DNA from: Promethearchaeota archaeon
GTDB taxonomy: Archaea; Asgardarchaeota; Lokiarchaeia; Sigyniarchaeales; SOKP01
Assembly: GCA_048939995.1 (NCBI GenBank)
Contig: JBHLOY010000004.1
Span: 160,001 to 224,000, forward strand
Reading direction: 5' to 3'
DNA length: 64,000 nucleotides
In this document: piece by piece, positions 18,700 to 27,911 of the stretch
Layout of the letters: each line of letters opens with the position of its first letter
Position numbering within the stretch: the first letter of the stretch is position 1
Program-made: the position numbers and the translations under genes
Notes under the pieces: model-generated
Databases searched by the model: none
Seen by the model: only the letters and a program-made list of their open reading frames with translations
What the model was told of the DNA's origin: nothing

Positions 18700-19668
18700 T
18701 TACTTTAATTTAGCTCCACATTTTCCGCAAAAAGCAAAATCGGAAGGTAAATTTTTTGCTTGGCAAGAAGGGCATGTTACAGAAGGTGGACCCCATAAAA
18801 ACTCAGGATGAGGACTTTCTCTTACTCCTCGGTAATTTGGAGGGCGTTTTTCCACAAATGCTGACATTCCTTCAAGCGGTTCCCATGAAGCATAATGAAT
18901 TGATAACCAATCTTTTGCATGACCAATTGTCTGGTGCCAAACAAAATCTTTCCAAAAGTTAACCTGTTGTTTTGTATATCTCATGCATTCTGGAAATTTG
19001 TCAATTAGTTTCTCACACATCTTATCAATTGCCTCATCTATTTCCGCATAAGGTACTACTTCATTTATTAAGCCCCATTCCAACGCTTTCTGTGCTGAAA
19101 TAGGCTCACATAAATATAGGATTTCTCTTGCTCGTCGATCACCAACTATAATAGGTAACCATTGTGTAGCACCTCCACACGCTACAGAACCGACTCTTGT
19201 TCCAACTTGTCGAATAGTGGCATGTTCTGCAGCAATGGCTAAATCACATGCCATATTCCATTCATTACCACCACCTGCGACAATACCATTAATCCGTGCT
19301 ATGGTAGGTTTACCTATATTTCGGAAAACATCATGAGCTTCTTGAAAAATGCTCATCCATTTCCAATATTCAGCAGGTTGTACAGTAAATCTCTCTTGAT
19401 ATTCTTTTACATCACCACCTGTACAGAATGCTTTTTCACCGGCACCAGTCAAAATTATGACTGCTACTTTATTATCCCATGCGGCATCATGAAAAGCTTC
19501 AATCATTTCCATTAATGTAAGAGTTGAATAAGCATTGTAGACCTCTGGGCGGTTAATTGTGACTGTTGCCTTCCACCCTTTTTTCTCATAAATGATTTCT
19601 TTAAAGTTAAATTCTTTTGGATCTTTAGCGGTAAAATTTGGACTTTTTGTATATGTCATTACAAACAC
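18700..19668 (-). CDS. oah: 6-oxocyclohex-1-ene-1-carbonyl-CoA hydrolase (BzdY/Oah)
   Basis: FCTGGDVKE, GGGNEW, GSVACGGATQWLP, C-terminal CPSC..FCGKC ribbon; ATG 19659 is an alternative start. Confidence 0.9.
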   Translation of the reverse strand: MFVMTYTKSPNFTAKDPKEFNFKEIIYEKKGWKATVTINRPEVYNAYSTLTLMEMIEAFHDAAWDNKVAVIILTGAGEKAFCTGGDVKEYQERFTVQPAEYWKWMSIFQEAHDVFRNIGKPTIARINGIVAGGGNEWNMACDLAIAAEHATIRQVGTRVGSVACGGATQWLPIIVGDRRAREILYLCEPISAQKALEWGLINEVVPYAEIDEAIDKMCEKLIDKFPECMRYTKQQVNFWKDFVWHQTIGHAKDWLSIHYASWEPLEGMSAFVEKRPPNYRGVRESPHPEFLWGPPSVTCPSCQAKNLPSDFAFCGKCGAKLK

Positions 19669-19872
19669 TTCAATACTTTTTGATTTCTTATATTTTTATT
19701 ACTATTCTTAGATAATTCTACAACTTCATTTAAAATTTGTTAATAGGATAACTTAAGTGGGAATAAAATACCATTAAGGATACGATTTATGTATAAATTA
19801 AAAAGGATAAGATTTAAACTAAACATTATAATTATATTTATTGCCAAGGAGTAAAATATAGAATAGAACTGA

Positions 19873-20130
19873 ATGCTTGTGGTCTCAAAAAAAGAAAAAC
19901 ATGAGGAAGAAAAAGAGGTAAATCTTCGACTTAGAGGGAAAGATTGGGAACGGGGATTTACAGTGGAAGAGAATAGAGTAAATGAATATGTAGAATTATA
20001 TGAATCCATTGGTTATGAAGTACGTGTTGAACCTGCTGTCCCTGACGAACAGGAGGAGTGCCAAACTTGTTTAAAGGCAGATTTTAATAATTTGCGAACA
20101 ATTTATATCAAACGAAAAGAAACTGACTAA
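19873..20130 (+). CDS. small acidic hypothetical protein with CxxC
   Basis: 85 aa; WERGF..YESIGYEVRVEP..CQTC; first gene of the divergent arm. Confidence 0.75.
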   Translation: MLVVSKKEKHEEEKEVNLRLRGKDWERGFTVEENRVNEYVELYESIGYEVRVEPAVPDEQEECQTCLKADFNNLRTIYIKRKETD

Positions 20131-20188
20131 TTTAAATGAATGATATTTTTAGTTAATATTTTTATCTACTTTTTCATTAGATAAATTT

Positions 20189-20629
20189 ATGTCCAAAACG
20201 AATATCGTAAAATTTGAAGATTATGAAGAAGGGACTTCAGCCTCTTGTAGTAAGACTATTACTGAAGCGGACGTAACCTTATTTGCAGGAATCAGTGGAG
20301 ATTTTAATCCTCTTCACGTAAATGAAGAGTTTGCAAAAACTCAAATGTTTGGAAAAAGAGTGGTACACGGAGCATTTAGTTCTGCTTTAATCTCAGCAGT
20401 ACTTGGCGTTCATTTATTTGGTCCTGGAGCTCTTTATGCATCTCAAAAGGTGATCTTTAAAAAACCTGTGTTTATAGGAGATACTTTAACTGCGGTCGCG
20501 ACTGTGACAAAGAAATACACTAAAGAAGGAAAAAGTGGAGTACTACAATTTCTGGATGTGGAAACTAAAGTACTTAATCAGAAAAATGAAGTAGTAACTG
20601 ATGGAGAGGCACAAGTTTTAATTATGTAA
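20189..20629 (+). CDS. MaoC/PhaJ-type (R)-enoyl-CoA hydratase
   Basis: FAGISGDFNPLH hydratase-2 motif, VHG, PVFIGD. Confidence 0.92.
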   Translation: MSKTNIVKFEDYEEGTSASCSKTITEADVTLFAGISGDFNPLHVNEEFAKTQMFGKRVVHGAFSSALISAVLGVHLFGPGALYASQKVIFKKPVFIGDTLTAVATVTKKYTKEGKSGVLQFLDVETKVLNQKNEVVTDGEAQVLIM

Positions 20630-20630
20630 C

Positions 20631-20646
20631 TTTTTTTTTCTTTTTT
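20631..20646 (+). terminator. oligo-T tract (archaeal-type intrinsic terminator candidate)
   Basis: T9-C-T6 immediately after the stop codon. Confidence 0.5.
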
Positions 20647-20664
20647 AACAGATTCACTATTGAA

Positions 20665-20682
20665 TTCCCATAAATATGGGAA
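20665..20682. promoter_or_regulatory. perfect inverted repeat TTCCCATA-AA-TATGGGAA, candidate operator
   Basis: 8-bp arms with a 2-nt spacer, ~200 bp upstream of the acyl-CoA ligase. Confidence 0.4.
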
Positions 20683-20884
20683 AAGGAAAAACTTATTATT
20701 TAAAATAAATGTTAAAAATCAAATTAAAATATGTTTAGAAATCGTTCTGAATCGTAATATAGATTAGATAGTCACTTCGGAAAGGATTTTATATAAATTT
20801 TCAAAATATAGCATTCAATTACTTGTTTAACAACATAAATTTAAACAGATTAATAAAATGTAATACTTAGTAGAGGATAAGAGA

Positions 20885-22456
20885 ATGTCATGGCTTAATA
20901 TTGGCGAGATGATTAAGGTTAATGCATCTAAATATCCAGATAAACTTGCATTAAAAGATGCAAAACGTAAACTAACATTCAAGGAATTAAATGAAAGGAC
21001 TAATAAACTTGCGAATGGCTTTCTCAAATTGGGACTAAAAAAAGGTGATAAGATCGCTATTTTATCAAATAATTCAATAGAATTCATGGAAACTTATGCT
21101 GCCGCGGCTAAAGGAGGATTTATAATTGTCCCTTTAAACTTTCGTCTACATCCTGAGGAAATTTCTTTCATTATTAACAATTCTGATTCAATTTATTTGA
21201 TTGTAGATTCACGGTTCAAAGAAGCAACCGAACAAATTTGGATGAGAGCTAAAGAATTAGGATTAGATGAAGTTAAACGCATATTAATAGCGGATAATCC
21301 TGCTAATGGTTGGTTACTTTATGAAGAAATTATAGAAATGGGAATTAGTTCATATCCACCTTTAAAAATTAGTCCAGAAGATACATGGGTTATTCTTTAT
21401 ACTTCAGGAACAACCGGGACACCGAAAGGAGTAGTACGATCTCATCGCTCTTACATTGCCTTTTTCTTAATTAATGAAGCGGAATTTTCTTTCACACCCC
21501 AAGATTATGGAATGATCTTGATGCCATTGTCTCATGTGAATTCTACCTTCTACTCATTCGTATTTACATATTTAGGAGCACCGGTTTATATTCATATTGA
21601 GTATAAATTCGATCCTGAAGAGGTATTAAAAATTATTGACAATGAAAAAATTACGTTTACTTCGATGATACCTACTCATTATAATTTAATACTAAGTCTC
21701 CCAGAAAACATAAAGAAAAAATATAATCTCAATTCTATTCGGGCTCTTTTAACCTCTTCAGCTCCTGCAACAAAACAAATGAAGCTAGAGGTAATGAATC
21801 TCTTTAATAGAGCGAAACTTTTTGAGGCATATGGTTCAACTGAGGCAGGACTTGTCACAATCTTAAGACCCGAAGATCAAATGAATAAACTGGGATCTAT
21901 TGGGAAGGAATGCATCGGAACTGATAGCATTCAAATACTTGATGAAGATGGAAAACCTGTACCTTTAGGTGAAATAGGTGAGTTATATTCTCGGGGGCCT
22001 CAAATGTTTGATAAATATTATAAGTTGCCAGAAAAGACTGAAGACTCTTTTAGAGGTGAATTCTTTACAGCGGGTGATATGGCTAAGAAGGATGAGGATG
22101 GCTTTTATTATCTAGTAGATAGAAAAGCAAATATGATTATTACAGGGGGGGAACATGTTTATCCTTCTGAAGTGGAAAAAATCATTATTTCTCATCCATT
22201 GGTTATTGAATGTGCTGTAATTGGTTTACAAGACTACAAATGGGGGGAGAAAGTAACTGCATTTTGCATTTTAAACAAGGAGGCTTTGATTCCAGATGAT
22301 ATTAATAAAGATATACGCACTTTTTGTGAAAAAAGATTAGCACGATTTAAAATACCTAAAGAAGTTTTTATAATCAACTCTGATGAAATGCCTAGAACAG
22401 GCTCAGGAAAGGTGATCCATCGAATATTACGAGAACGATATGATAAAAAAATCTAA
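20885..22456 (+). CDS. AMP-forming acyl-CoA synthetase (substrate unknown)
   Basis: YTSGTTGTPKG, YGSTEAG, AGD..DRK, PRTGSGK. Confidence 0.92.
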   Translation: MSWLNIGEMIKVNASKYPDKLALKDAKRKLTFKELNERTNKLANGFLKLGLKKGDKIAILSNNSIEFMETYAAAAKGGFIIVPLNFRLHPEEISFIINNSDSIYLIVDSRFKEATEQIWMRAKELGLDEVKRILIADNPANGWLLYEEIIEMGISSYPPLKISPEDTWVILYTSGTTGTPKGVVRSHRSYIAFFLINEAEFSFTPQDYGMILMPLSHVNSTFYSFVFTYLGAPVYIHIEYKFDPEEVLKIIDNEKITFTSMIPTHYNLILSLPENIKKKYNLNSIRALLTSSAPATKQMKLEVMNLFNRAKLFEAYGSTEAGLVTILRPEDQMNKLGSIGKECIGTDSIQILDEDGKPVPLGEIGELYSRGPQMFDKYYKLPEKTEDSFRGEFFTAGDMAKKDEDGFYYLVDRKANMIITGGEHVYPSEVEKIIISHPLVIECAVIGLQDYKWGEKVTAFCILNKEALIPDDINKDIRTFCEKRLARFKIPKEVFIINSDEMPRTGSGKVIHRILRERYDKKI

Positions 22457-22492
22457 ATAATTATAAAAATAAAAAAATTAGAAGTATAAACC

Positions 22493-23701
22493 ATGCCTTT
22501 TAAAAATGCTTATATACCATATGGTCAATATTGGAGTACTCCCTTTTGTAGATGGCAAGGAAGTTTCCAAAATCTTCATGCAATAAAGTTTGCAGCAGAA
22601 CTGACCTCCAAGTTCTTGAACGATAATAAAATATCACCAAATGAATTTGATGAATTATTATTAGGTATTACTATTCCCCAACTCAACTGCTTTTATGGGG
22701 GACCGTGGTTAGCAAGTTTAATTGGTGCTGAACATATAACCGCACCTATTATAAGTCAAGCATGCGCTACTGGAACAAATTCAGTTTCAATCGCTGCACA
22801 AAGTATAGAAGCGGGACTAAATAAAAATGTTCTTATTGTATGTACAGATCGCTGTTCAAATGGACCTCATTTGGCTTATCCTAACCCAGAAGCCCCTGGT
22901 AATACTTTAGATTCAGAAAATTGGGTATGGGATAATTTTGGGTATGACCCGTATGCTAAGAATTCAATGATTCAAACCGGTGAGAATGTTGCAAAAGAGG
23001 TAGGTATAACAAAAGGGGAACAAGATGAAGTCACTATCTTACGTTATAAACAATATCAAGATTCTTTAAAGGACGATAGAGCATTCCAGAAAAAGTATAT
23101 AATAGGGCCTATCGAGGTAAAAGATCGTTCAGGGAGAAAAGTTATAGCTACTGTAAATGGAGATGAGGGAATTTATCCAACTACCATGGAAGGCCTTTCT
23201 AAACTTAGACCTGTACTTCCAGATGGAACTATTACGTATGGAACTCAAACTCATCCAGCTGATGGTAATTGTGGTATGATTGTCACCACTCAAGAAAAAG
23301 CAGCAAAAATGAGAAAGAGAGAAGATATTGAAGTGAGAGTTATTTCTTATGGTGATTATAAAACAAAGAAAGGTTATATGGCTATGGCTATTGTTCCTGC
23401 AGCAAAATTAGCTTTAGAAAGAGCTGGAATTTCAATAGAAGATGTATCTGTGATAAAAACACACAATCCTTTTGCTGTAAATGATATATATTTTTCTAGA
23501 GAGATGGATATTGATTGGAAGTTGATGAATAATTATGGAAGCTCACTTATATTTGGGCATCCACAGGCACCTACCATGCTGAGAATAATTATAGAACTGA
23601 TTGAAGAATTAGTTGAGAAGGGTGGGGGTTACGGTTTAGCAGATGGATGTGCAGCTGGTGATACTGCTGCCGCATTAATTTTAAATGTAAAAGTAGGCTA
23701 A
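22493..23701 (+). CDS. thiolase (type often linked to benzoyl-CoA lower pathway)
   Basis: YIPYG.YWSTPF.RWQG, QACATG Cys, GHP, GCAAGD. Confidence 0.85.
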   Translation: MPFKNAYIPYGQYWSTPFCRWQGSFQNLHAIKFAAELTSKFLNDNKISPNEFDELLLGITIPQLNCFYGGPWLASLIGAEHITAPIISQACATGTNSVSIAAQSIEAGLNKNVLIVCTDRCSNGPHLAYPNPEAPGNTLDSENWVWDNFGYDPYAKNSMIQTGENVAKEVGITKGEQDEVTILRYKQYQDSLKDDRAFQKKYIIGPIEVKDRSGRKVIATVNGDEGIYPTTMEGLSKLRPVLPDGTITYGTQTHPADGNCGMIVTTQEKAAKMRKREDIEVRVISYGDYKTKKGYMAMAIVPAAKLALERAGISIEDVSVIKTHNPFAVNDIYFSREMDIDWKLMNNYGSSLIFGHPQAPTMLRIIIELIEELVEKGGGYGLADGCAAGDTAAALILNVKVG

Positions 23702-23764
23702 AATTAATCCTATTATTTATTTTTATTTTAAGTTCAAAATAATATAAAAATTAAGGCACGAGTA

Positions 23765-24997
23765 ATGCTTAGAAAGAAAATACACGCGGTTAAAGAATTA
23801 AATAAAATAATGTCAGAGTACTATCATGACCTAGATCGTGCTTCAAGAACCAATGATAAAAAAATTGCTTGGTGTTCGAGTGTTGGTCCTGCAGAAATTC
23901 TAAGAAGTCTAGATTTTAAAGTATATTTTCCCGAGAATCACAGTGCTATGTTAGGAGCTTCTAGAATGGCCACGGATTTAATTCCGTATGCTAATGCAAT
24001 CGGTTATTCCCCTGAGATTTGCTCATATCTCACTGCTGATATCGGTGCTTATTTAAAAAAAGAAACAGCATTAACTAAAGCCTACTCGGATATTAAAAGT
24101 GTTCCAAAACCAGATGTTTTGGTCTACAACACTAACCAATGTCGAGAGGTTCAAGATTGGTTCAACTGGTTTGCTAATGAATTCAAAGCACCCCTATTAG
24201 GTATTTCTACTCCCAGAACAGTTGGAAAGGTTACGCGTGCACATGTCAACTTTATAGGACAGCAGATGGAACAACTTATTCAGCAATTAGAAGACATTTC
24301 AATGATTGATTTTGAACTTAAAAAACTTAAAGATGTAGTGTTACTTTCTCGAGAATGTTCCGAATTATGGAAAAAAATCTTAGACACAGCAGCTACGATA
24401 CCTTCTCCATTTACGTTTTTTGATGGGACAATCCATATGAGCCCTGCTGTGGTTTTGAGAGGAACTAGCCAAGCTGTAGAATATTATAAAATTTTATTAG
24501 TTGAACTACAACAGAGAGTAAAAGACCATATTGGAGCGGTAGAGAATGAACGTTATAGGCTCTACTGGGAAGGGATGCCTATCTGGGGTAGATTGAAACA
24601 CTATTCTGAATTATTTGCTAGCCTCAATACCTGCATAGTTGCTTCAACTTATTGTAATAGCTGGATTTTCACAGCTTTTAATGAAAATGATCCCATTAGA
24701 AGTATGGCAAAAGCATATACTGAACTCTTTATAGTACGATCAGACGAATATAAAGAAATTTACCTAAATAAGATGATAAATTTATTTAAAGCAGATGGTA
24801 TTATCTTTCATGATGCAAGGACTTGTCCACATAATACAAACAGTCGCTATGGAATGCCACAAAGAATTGAACTCCAAGCAAGAATCCCTAGCTTGATCTT
24901 AAACGGAGACCTGAATGACTTAAGGTGCCTTTCTGATGAGCAATCCAAAACTAGTATAGAGGCATTTATAGAACAGTTAGAAGAATTAAAAGAATAA
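23765..24997 (+). CDS. 2-hydroxyacyl-CoA dehydratase / BCR alpha-type (HgdA/FldB/BzdO-like) subunit
   Basis: FPENH, EICSY, NQC, RTC cluster-ligand pattern; EAFIE C-terminus. Confidence 0.85.
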   Translation: MLRKKIHAVKELNKIMSEYYHDLDRASRTNDKKIAWCSSVGPAEILRSLDFKVYFPENHSAMLGASRMATDLIPYANAIGYSPEICSYLTADIGAYLKKETALTKAYSDIKSVPKPDVLVYNTNQCREVQDWFNWFANEFKAPLLGISTPRTVGKVTRAHVNFIGQQMEQLIQQLEDISMIDFELKKLKDVVLLSRECSELWKKILDTAATIPSPFTFFDGTIHMSPAVVLRGTSQAVEYYKILLVELQQRVKDHIGAVENERYRLYWEGMPIWGRLKHYSELFASLNTCIVASTYCNSWIFTAFNENDPIRSMAKAYTELFIVRSDEYKEIYLNKMINLFKADGIIFHDARTCPHNTNSRYGMPQRIELQARIPSLILNGDLNDLRCLSDEQSKTSIEAFIEQLEELKE

Positions 24998-25020
24998 AGC
25001 CTAATAAGAGAGAATAAAAA

Positions 25021-25491
25021 ATGGTAAATAAAATCAAAGCTATTGAAATTAAAAATTATATCGGCAAAGAATTTGTGACAAAATGGTACAAAGTAAGTCA
25101 AGTTGAAATAAACAAATTTGCAGATCTTACAAAAGATCATCAATACATTCATATCAACCCTGAAAAAGCAAAAGCTTCCATTTATGGAAAAACTGTGGCT
25201 CATGGTTTCTTTGTTTTATCTATGTTGGGATTCTTTACTTTACAGGATGGTGAAAGAGATTCAATGCAATTCTATGTTATAGATGCAAAAGCAATAATCA
25301 ATTACGGTTTTGATAAAATAAGATTTATTTCTCCTGTTCCTGTTGGAGCCTATATTCGAGATGTATCTTATATTTCAAAAGTAGAATTGGTAAAACAAGG
25401 TATGAAATTCACTTCACACCATACAATAGAAATACGAGGACAAGAAAAACCTGCACTTGTTGCAGATTGGATTAATTTACTTATCCTATAG
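25021..25491 (+). CDS. MaoC/NodN-type dehydratase
   Basis: FADLTKDHQYIH, AHG, INYGFDKIRFISPV. Confidence 0.9.
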   Translation: MVNKIKAIEIKNYIGKEFVTKWYKVSQVEINKFADLTKDHQYIHINPEKAKASIYGKTVAHGFFVLSMLGFFTLQDGERDSMQFYVIDAKAIINYGFDKIRFISPVPVGAYIRDVSYISKVELVKQGMKFTSHHTIEIRGQEKPALVADWINLLIL

Positions 25492-25517
25492 ACTAATTTT
25501 TTTTAAAATTTTGACTC

Positions 25518-25799
25518 TCATCCGCCAACTAGTGGAGGAGAGATAACTATTTGATCTCCATCTTTTAGTTTGGTATCTAAATCTTCTAAAAATAAATAAT
25601 TTCTCCCATTTACTAAAATAACTACATGAGACTCTAAATTTCCATACTTATCTACAAAATTTTTCCTTATTTTTTTTCTATGTTCACCCATGAATTGTTC
25701 AATTACTTCTTTTAGAGTTTCAACATTTGAATAATTGATCTCAGTTAAACCAACATCTGCAGAAAATATTGTCATCAACTTAAGTATGACATTTGCCAT
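25518..25799 (-). CDS. MoaD/ThiS/SAMP ubiquitin-like sulfur carrier
   Basis: ILVNGR...DGD..PPLVGG C-terminal diglycine. Confidence 0.9.
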   Translation of the reverse strand: MANVILKLMTIFSADVGLTEINYSNVETLKEVIEQFMGEHRKKIRKNFVDKYGNLESHVVILVNGRNYLFLEDLDTKLKDGDQIVISPPLVGG

Positions 25800-25930
25800 T
25801 AAATCTTAAATATTTTAATGACATTAAAAATTTTATTCAATAGAATTATAAAGAATAATCACAAGGTTAAAAATATCTCTTAGATATTTTCAAATAAGCT
25901 ATTAAAACCTTCTCAGTCTAAATTACGTAA

Positions 25931-27466
25931 ATGAATTCCAAGGATAAAATCGTTAAAAAATTAAATCAAATTTTAGAGAAAGGTCAAATATTAACAGATT
26001 TGGAAGATCAATACGTTTATTCCTTTGAAAAAGTCTTTTTAAATCAGAATCTCACGAAACCTGATATTGTGATAAGGTCCCCCTCACTAGATGAAGAAAA
26101 GAAGATAAAGGATTTAGCTGAACAAGAAGGTCTGATTTTAATTGAGAGGGGAAGAAGACCTTTATCAACTTTACACAAACCAGCTACACCCATAATTTTA
26201 TTAGATAATATAGAAATCCCAGTTCTTGATTCATGTTCCGAAGCGGTTCAAAGCACTAATTTATTCACGAATTTGAACATAGGAGGGTATGGAACCTATA
26301 AAAATATTGCGTTGGCAGTACAGAATTTGCTTTCAGGGAAGACTTTAAGTAATTGTCAAAAATGCAAAACATGCAGTGGATATTGTACCGTTAACCAATC
26401 CTTTAATGGAATTGAAACATGGTCGTCGAAAGGAAGATTACTTATAATAAGAGGAATCATGCGTGGAGATTTGCTATTTTCAGAAAAGGTTGCTAATATA
26501 ATATATAATTGTACTAAATGTGGTCTTTGCTTTGCTCAATGTTTTCAAAATTTAGAGCTTCACGAGGCTATAATGTATCTAAGGCATCAGCTAAGAAAAG
26601 AAAATCTAGCACCGCAAATTTTTCATCAAACAAACGAAAATATTTTAAAGTATGGAAACCCTAGCGCTATACCATCTAATAGGCGTCTTTCCAAAATAAA
26701 AAATTATTCTGGATCAAGTCTCAAAGCACAAAAAGAAAACCTTTGCTGGTTAGGGTGTACAGTTGCAACTCGAACTCCTAAAACTGCTCAATCACTCATT
26801 AATATCTTAAACCAAATGAAAATTGATTATACAACATTAGGAAATGATGAAGGATGTTGTGGTTATGTCTTAATATCAACAGGATTATGGGCTGAAGCAA
26901 GAAGGGTCGCTGAGGAGGTTGTAGAAAGAGTTGAAAGAACCAAGGCTAAAACCTTAATAACTCCTTGTTCAGGTTGTTATTACACTTTTACAAGACTTTA
27001 TCCCGAGATTCTTAATGTTCAAATGCCATGTAATATACTTCATACATCTCAATTTCTTGAAAATGCTATAAAGAATGAACAAATCAACCTTACACCATTA
27101 AACTTTAATATTACTTATCATGATCCATGTTCACTTGGAAGACATAGTCAAATTTACGACCCCCCGCGCAATGTGTTAAAAGCAATACCTAATTTGAATT
27201 TAATTGAAATGTCAAAGAATAAAAATTGTGCGCGATGTTGTGGAGGCGGAGGTGGATTATGGTCTTATAATAATACAATAAGCCTAGAATCAACTCAAAC
27301 TAGATTGAAGGAAGATTTACCTAAAGATGTGAATATTTTAACGACAGCTTGTCCTCAATGTCAAATCAACTTCCGGTTTGCCTCACATGCGAAAAATAGT
27401 ATAAATAAGTCATTAAAAATTTATGATATTACAGAAATATTTGAATTAGCTATGCAGAATGAATAA
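25931..27466 (+). CDS. HdrD/GlcF-like Fe-S oxidoreductase (two CCG domains) with a vestigial FAD-binding N-terminus
   Basis: CQKCKTC..C and CTKCGLC..C; GCCG, PCSGC, HDPC, CCGGGGG, TACPQC. Confidence 0.85.
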   Translation: MNSKDKIVKKLNQILEKGQILTDLEDQYVYSFEKVFLNQNLTKPDIVIRSPSLDEEKKIKDLAEQEGLILIERGRRPLSTLHKPATPIILLDNIEIPVLDSCSEAVQSTNLFTNLNIGGYGTYKNIALAVQNLLSGKTLSNCQKCKTCSGYCTVNQSFNGIETWSSKGRLLIIRGIMRGDLLFSEKVANIIYNCTKCGLCFAQCFQNLELHEAIMYLRHQLRKENLAPQIFHQTNENILKYGNPSAIPSNRRLSKIKNYSGSSLKAQKENLCWLGCTVATRTPKTAQSLINILNQMKIDYTTLGNDEGCCGYVLISTGLWAEARRVAEEVVERVERTKAKTLITPCSGCYYTFTRLYPEILNVQMPCNILHTSQFLENAIKNEQINLTPLNFNITYHDPCSLGRHSQIYDPPRNVLKAIPNLNLIEMSKNKNCARCCGGGGGLWSYNNTISLESTQTRLKEDLPKDVNILTTACPQCQINFRFASHAKNSINKSLKIYDITEIFELAMQNE

Positions 27467-27469
27467 GAA

Positions 27470-27625
27470 TTATTTTGCCAGCCCTCGAACTTTAGGTTGT
27501 CCTGGCCAAGGCCATGAAATTCTATATGTGATATTACAATGAGGACAAGTAGCTTCTTTTGCATTTTCTTGAACTGAAAAACGCTTCAGACAATTCATGC
27601 ATCGACATTTAGCATCTTCACTCAT
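27470..27625 (-). CDS. 51-aa zinc-ribbon protein absent from the ORF track
   Basis: hand translation MSEDAKCRCMNCLKRFSVQENAKEATCPHCNITYRISWPWPGQPKVRGLAK*; stop abuts the convergent gene's stop. Confidence 0.75.
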   Translation of the reverse strand: MSEDAKCRCMNCLKRFSVQENAKEATCPHCNITYRISWPWPGQPKVRGLAK

Positions 27626-27898
27626 ATATAGATCGCTTATTGTTCTATAATCCTTGGTTAGTTTTATGTTATATGTTTCTTATTATATTTAATATTTTAA
27701 ATTATTTTTCTACCTATTTGTTTTTGTTGAATTATTTAAATCTAATGGATGATTTAAATAAAAGGTAAAATATATTAATTTTATAAGTGGATACTATAAT
27801 TAAATTTATTTCAGAGTTTAGTTCTGTACTTTCTGCGGGCATATTTTCCCATCGCACTAAAAACGTGATACATTTCGCTTTAATAAAATTAGGCATTA

Positions 27899-27905
27899 GA
27901 GGTGG
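27899..27905 (+). promoter_or_regulatory. RBS GAGGTGG for aor
   Basis: 6 nt upstream of the in-frame ATA at 27912. Confidence 0.55.
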
Positions 27906-27911
27906 AAAACT

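Noticed and set aside
19740-20009. 89-aa minus-strand ORF
   Set aside because: Antisense to the better-supported 19873-20130 gene and S/F-rich shadow composition.
25518-25799. MoaD-like protein as an Asgard eukaryote-type ubiquitin
   Set aside because: The sequence pattern is MoaD/SAMP-like and its position near an AOR fits pterin cofactor sulfur transfer; no E2, RING or JAMM neighbours.
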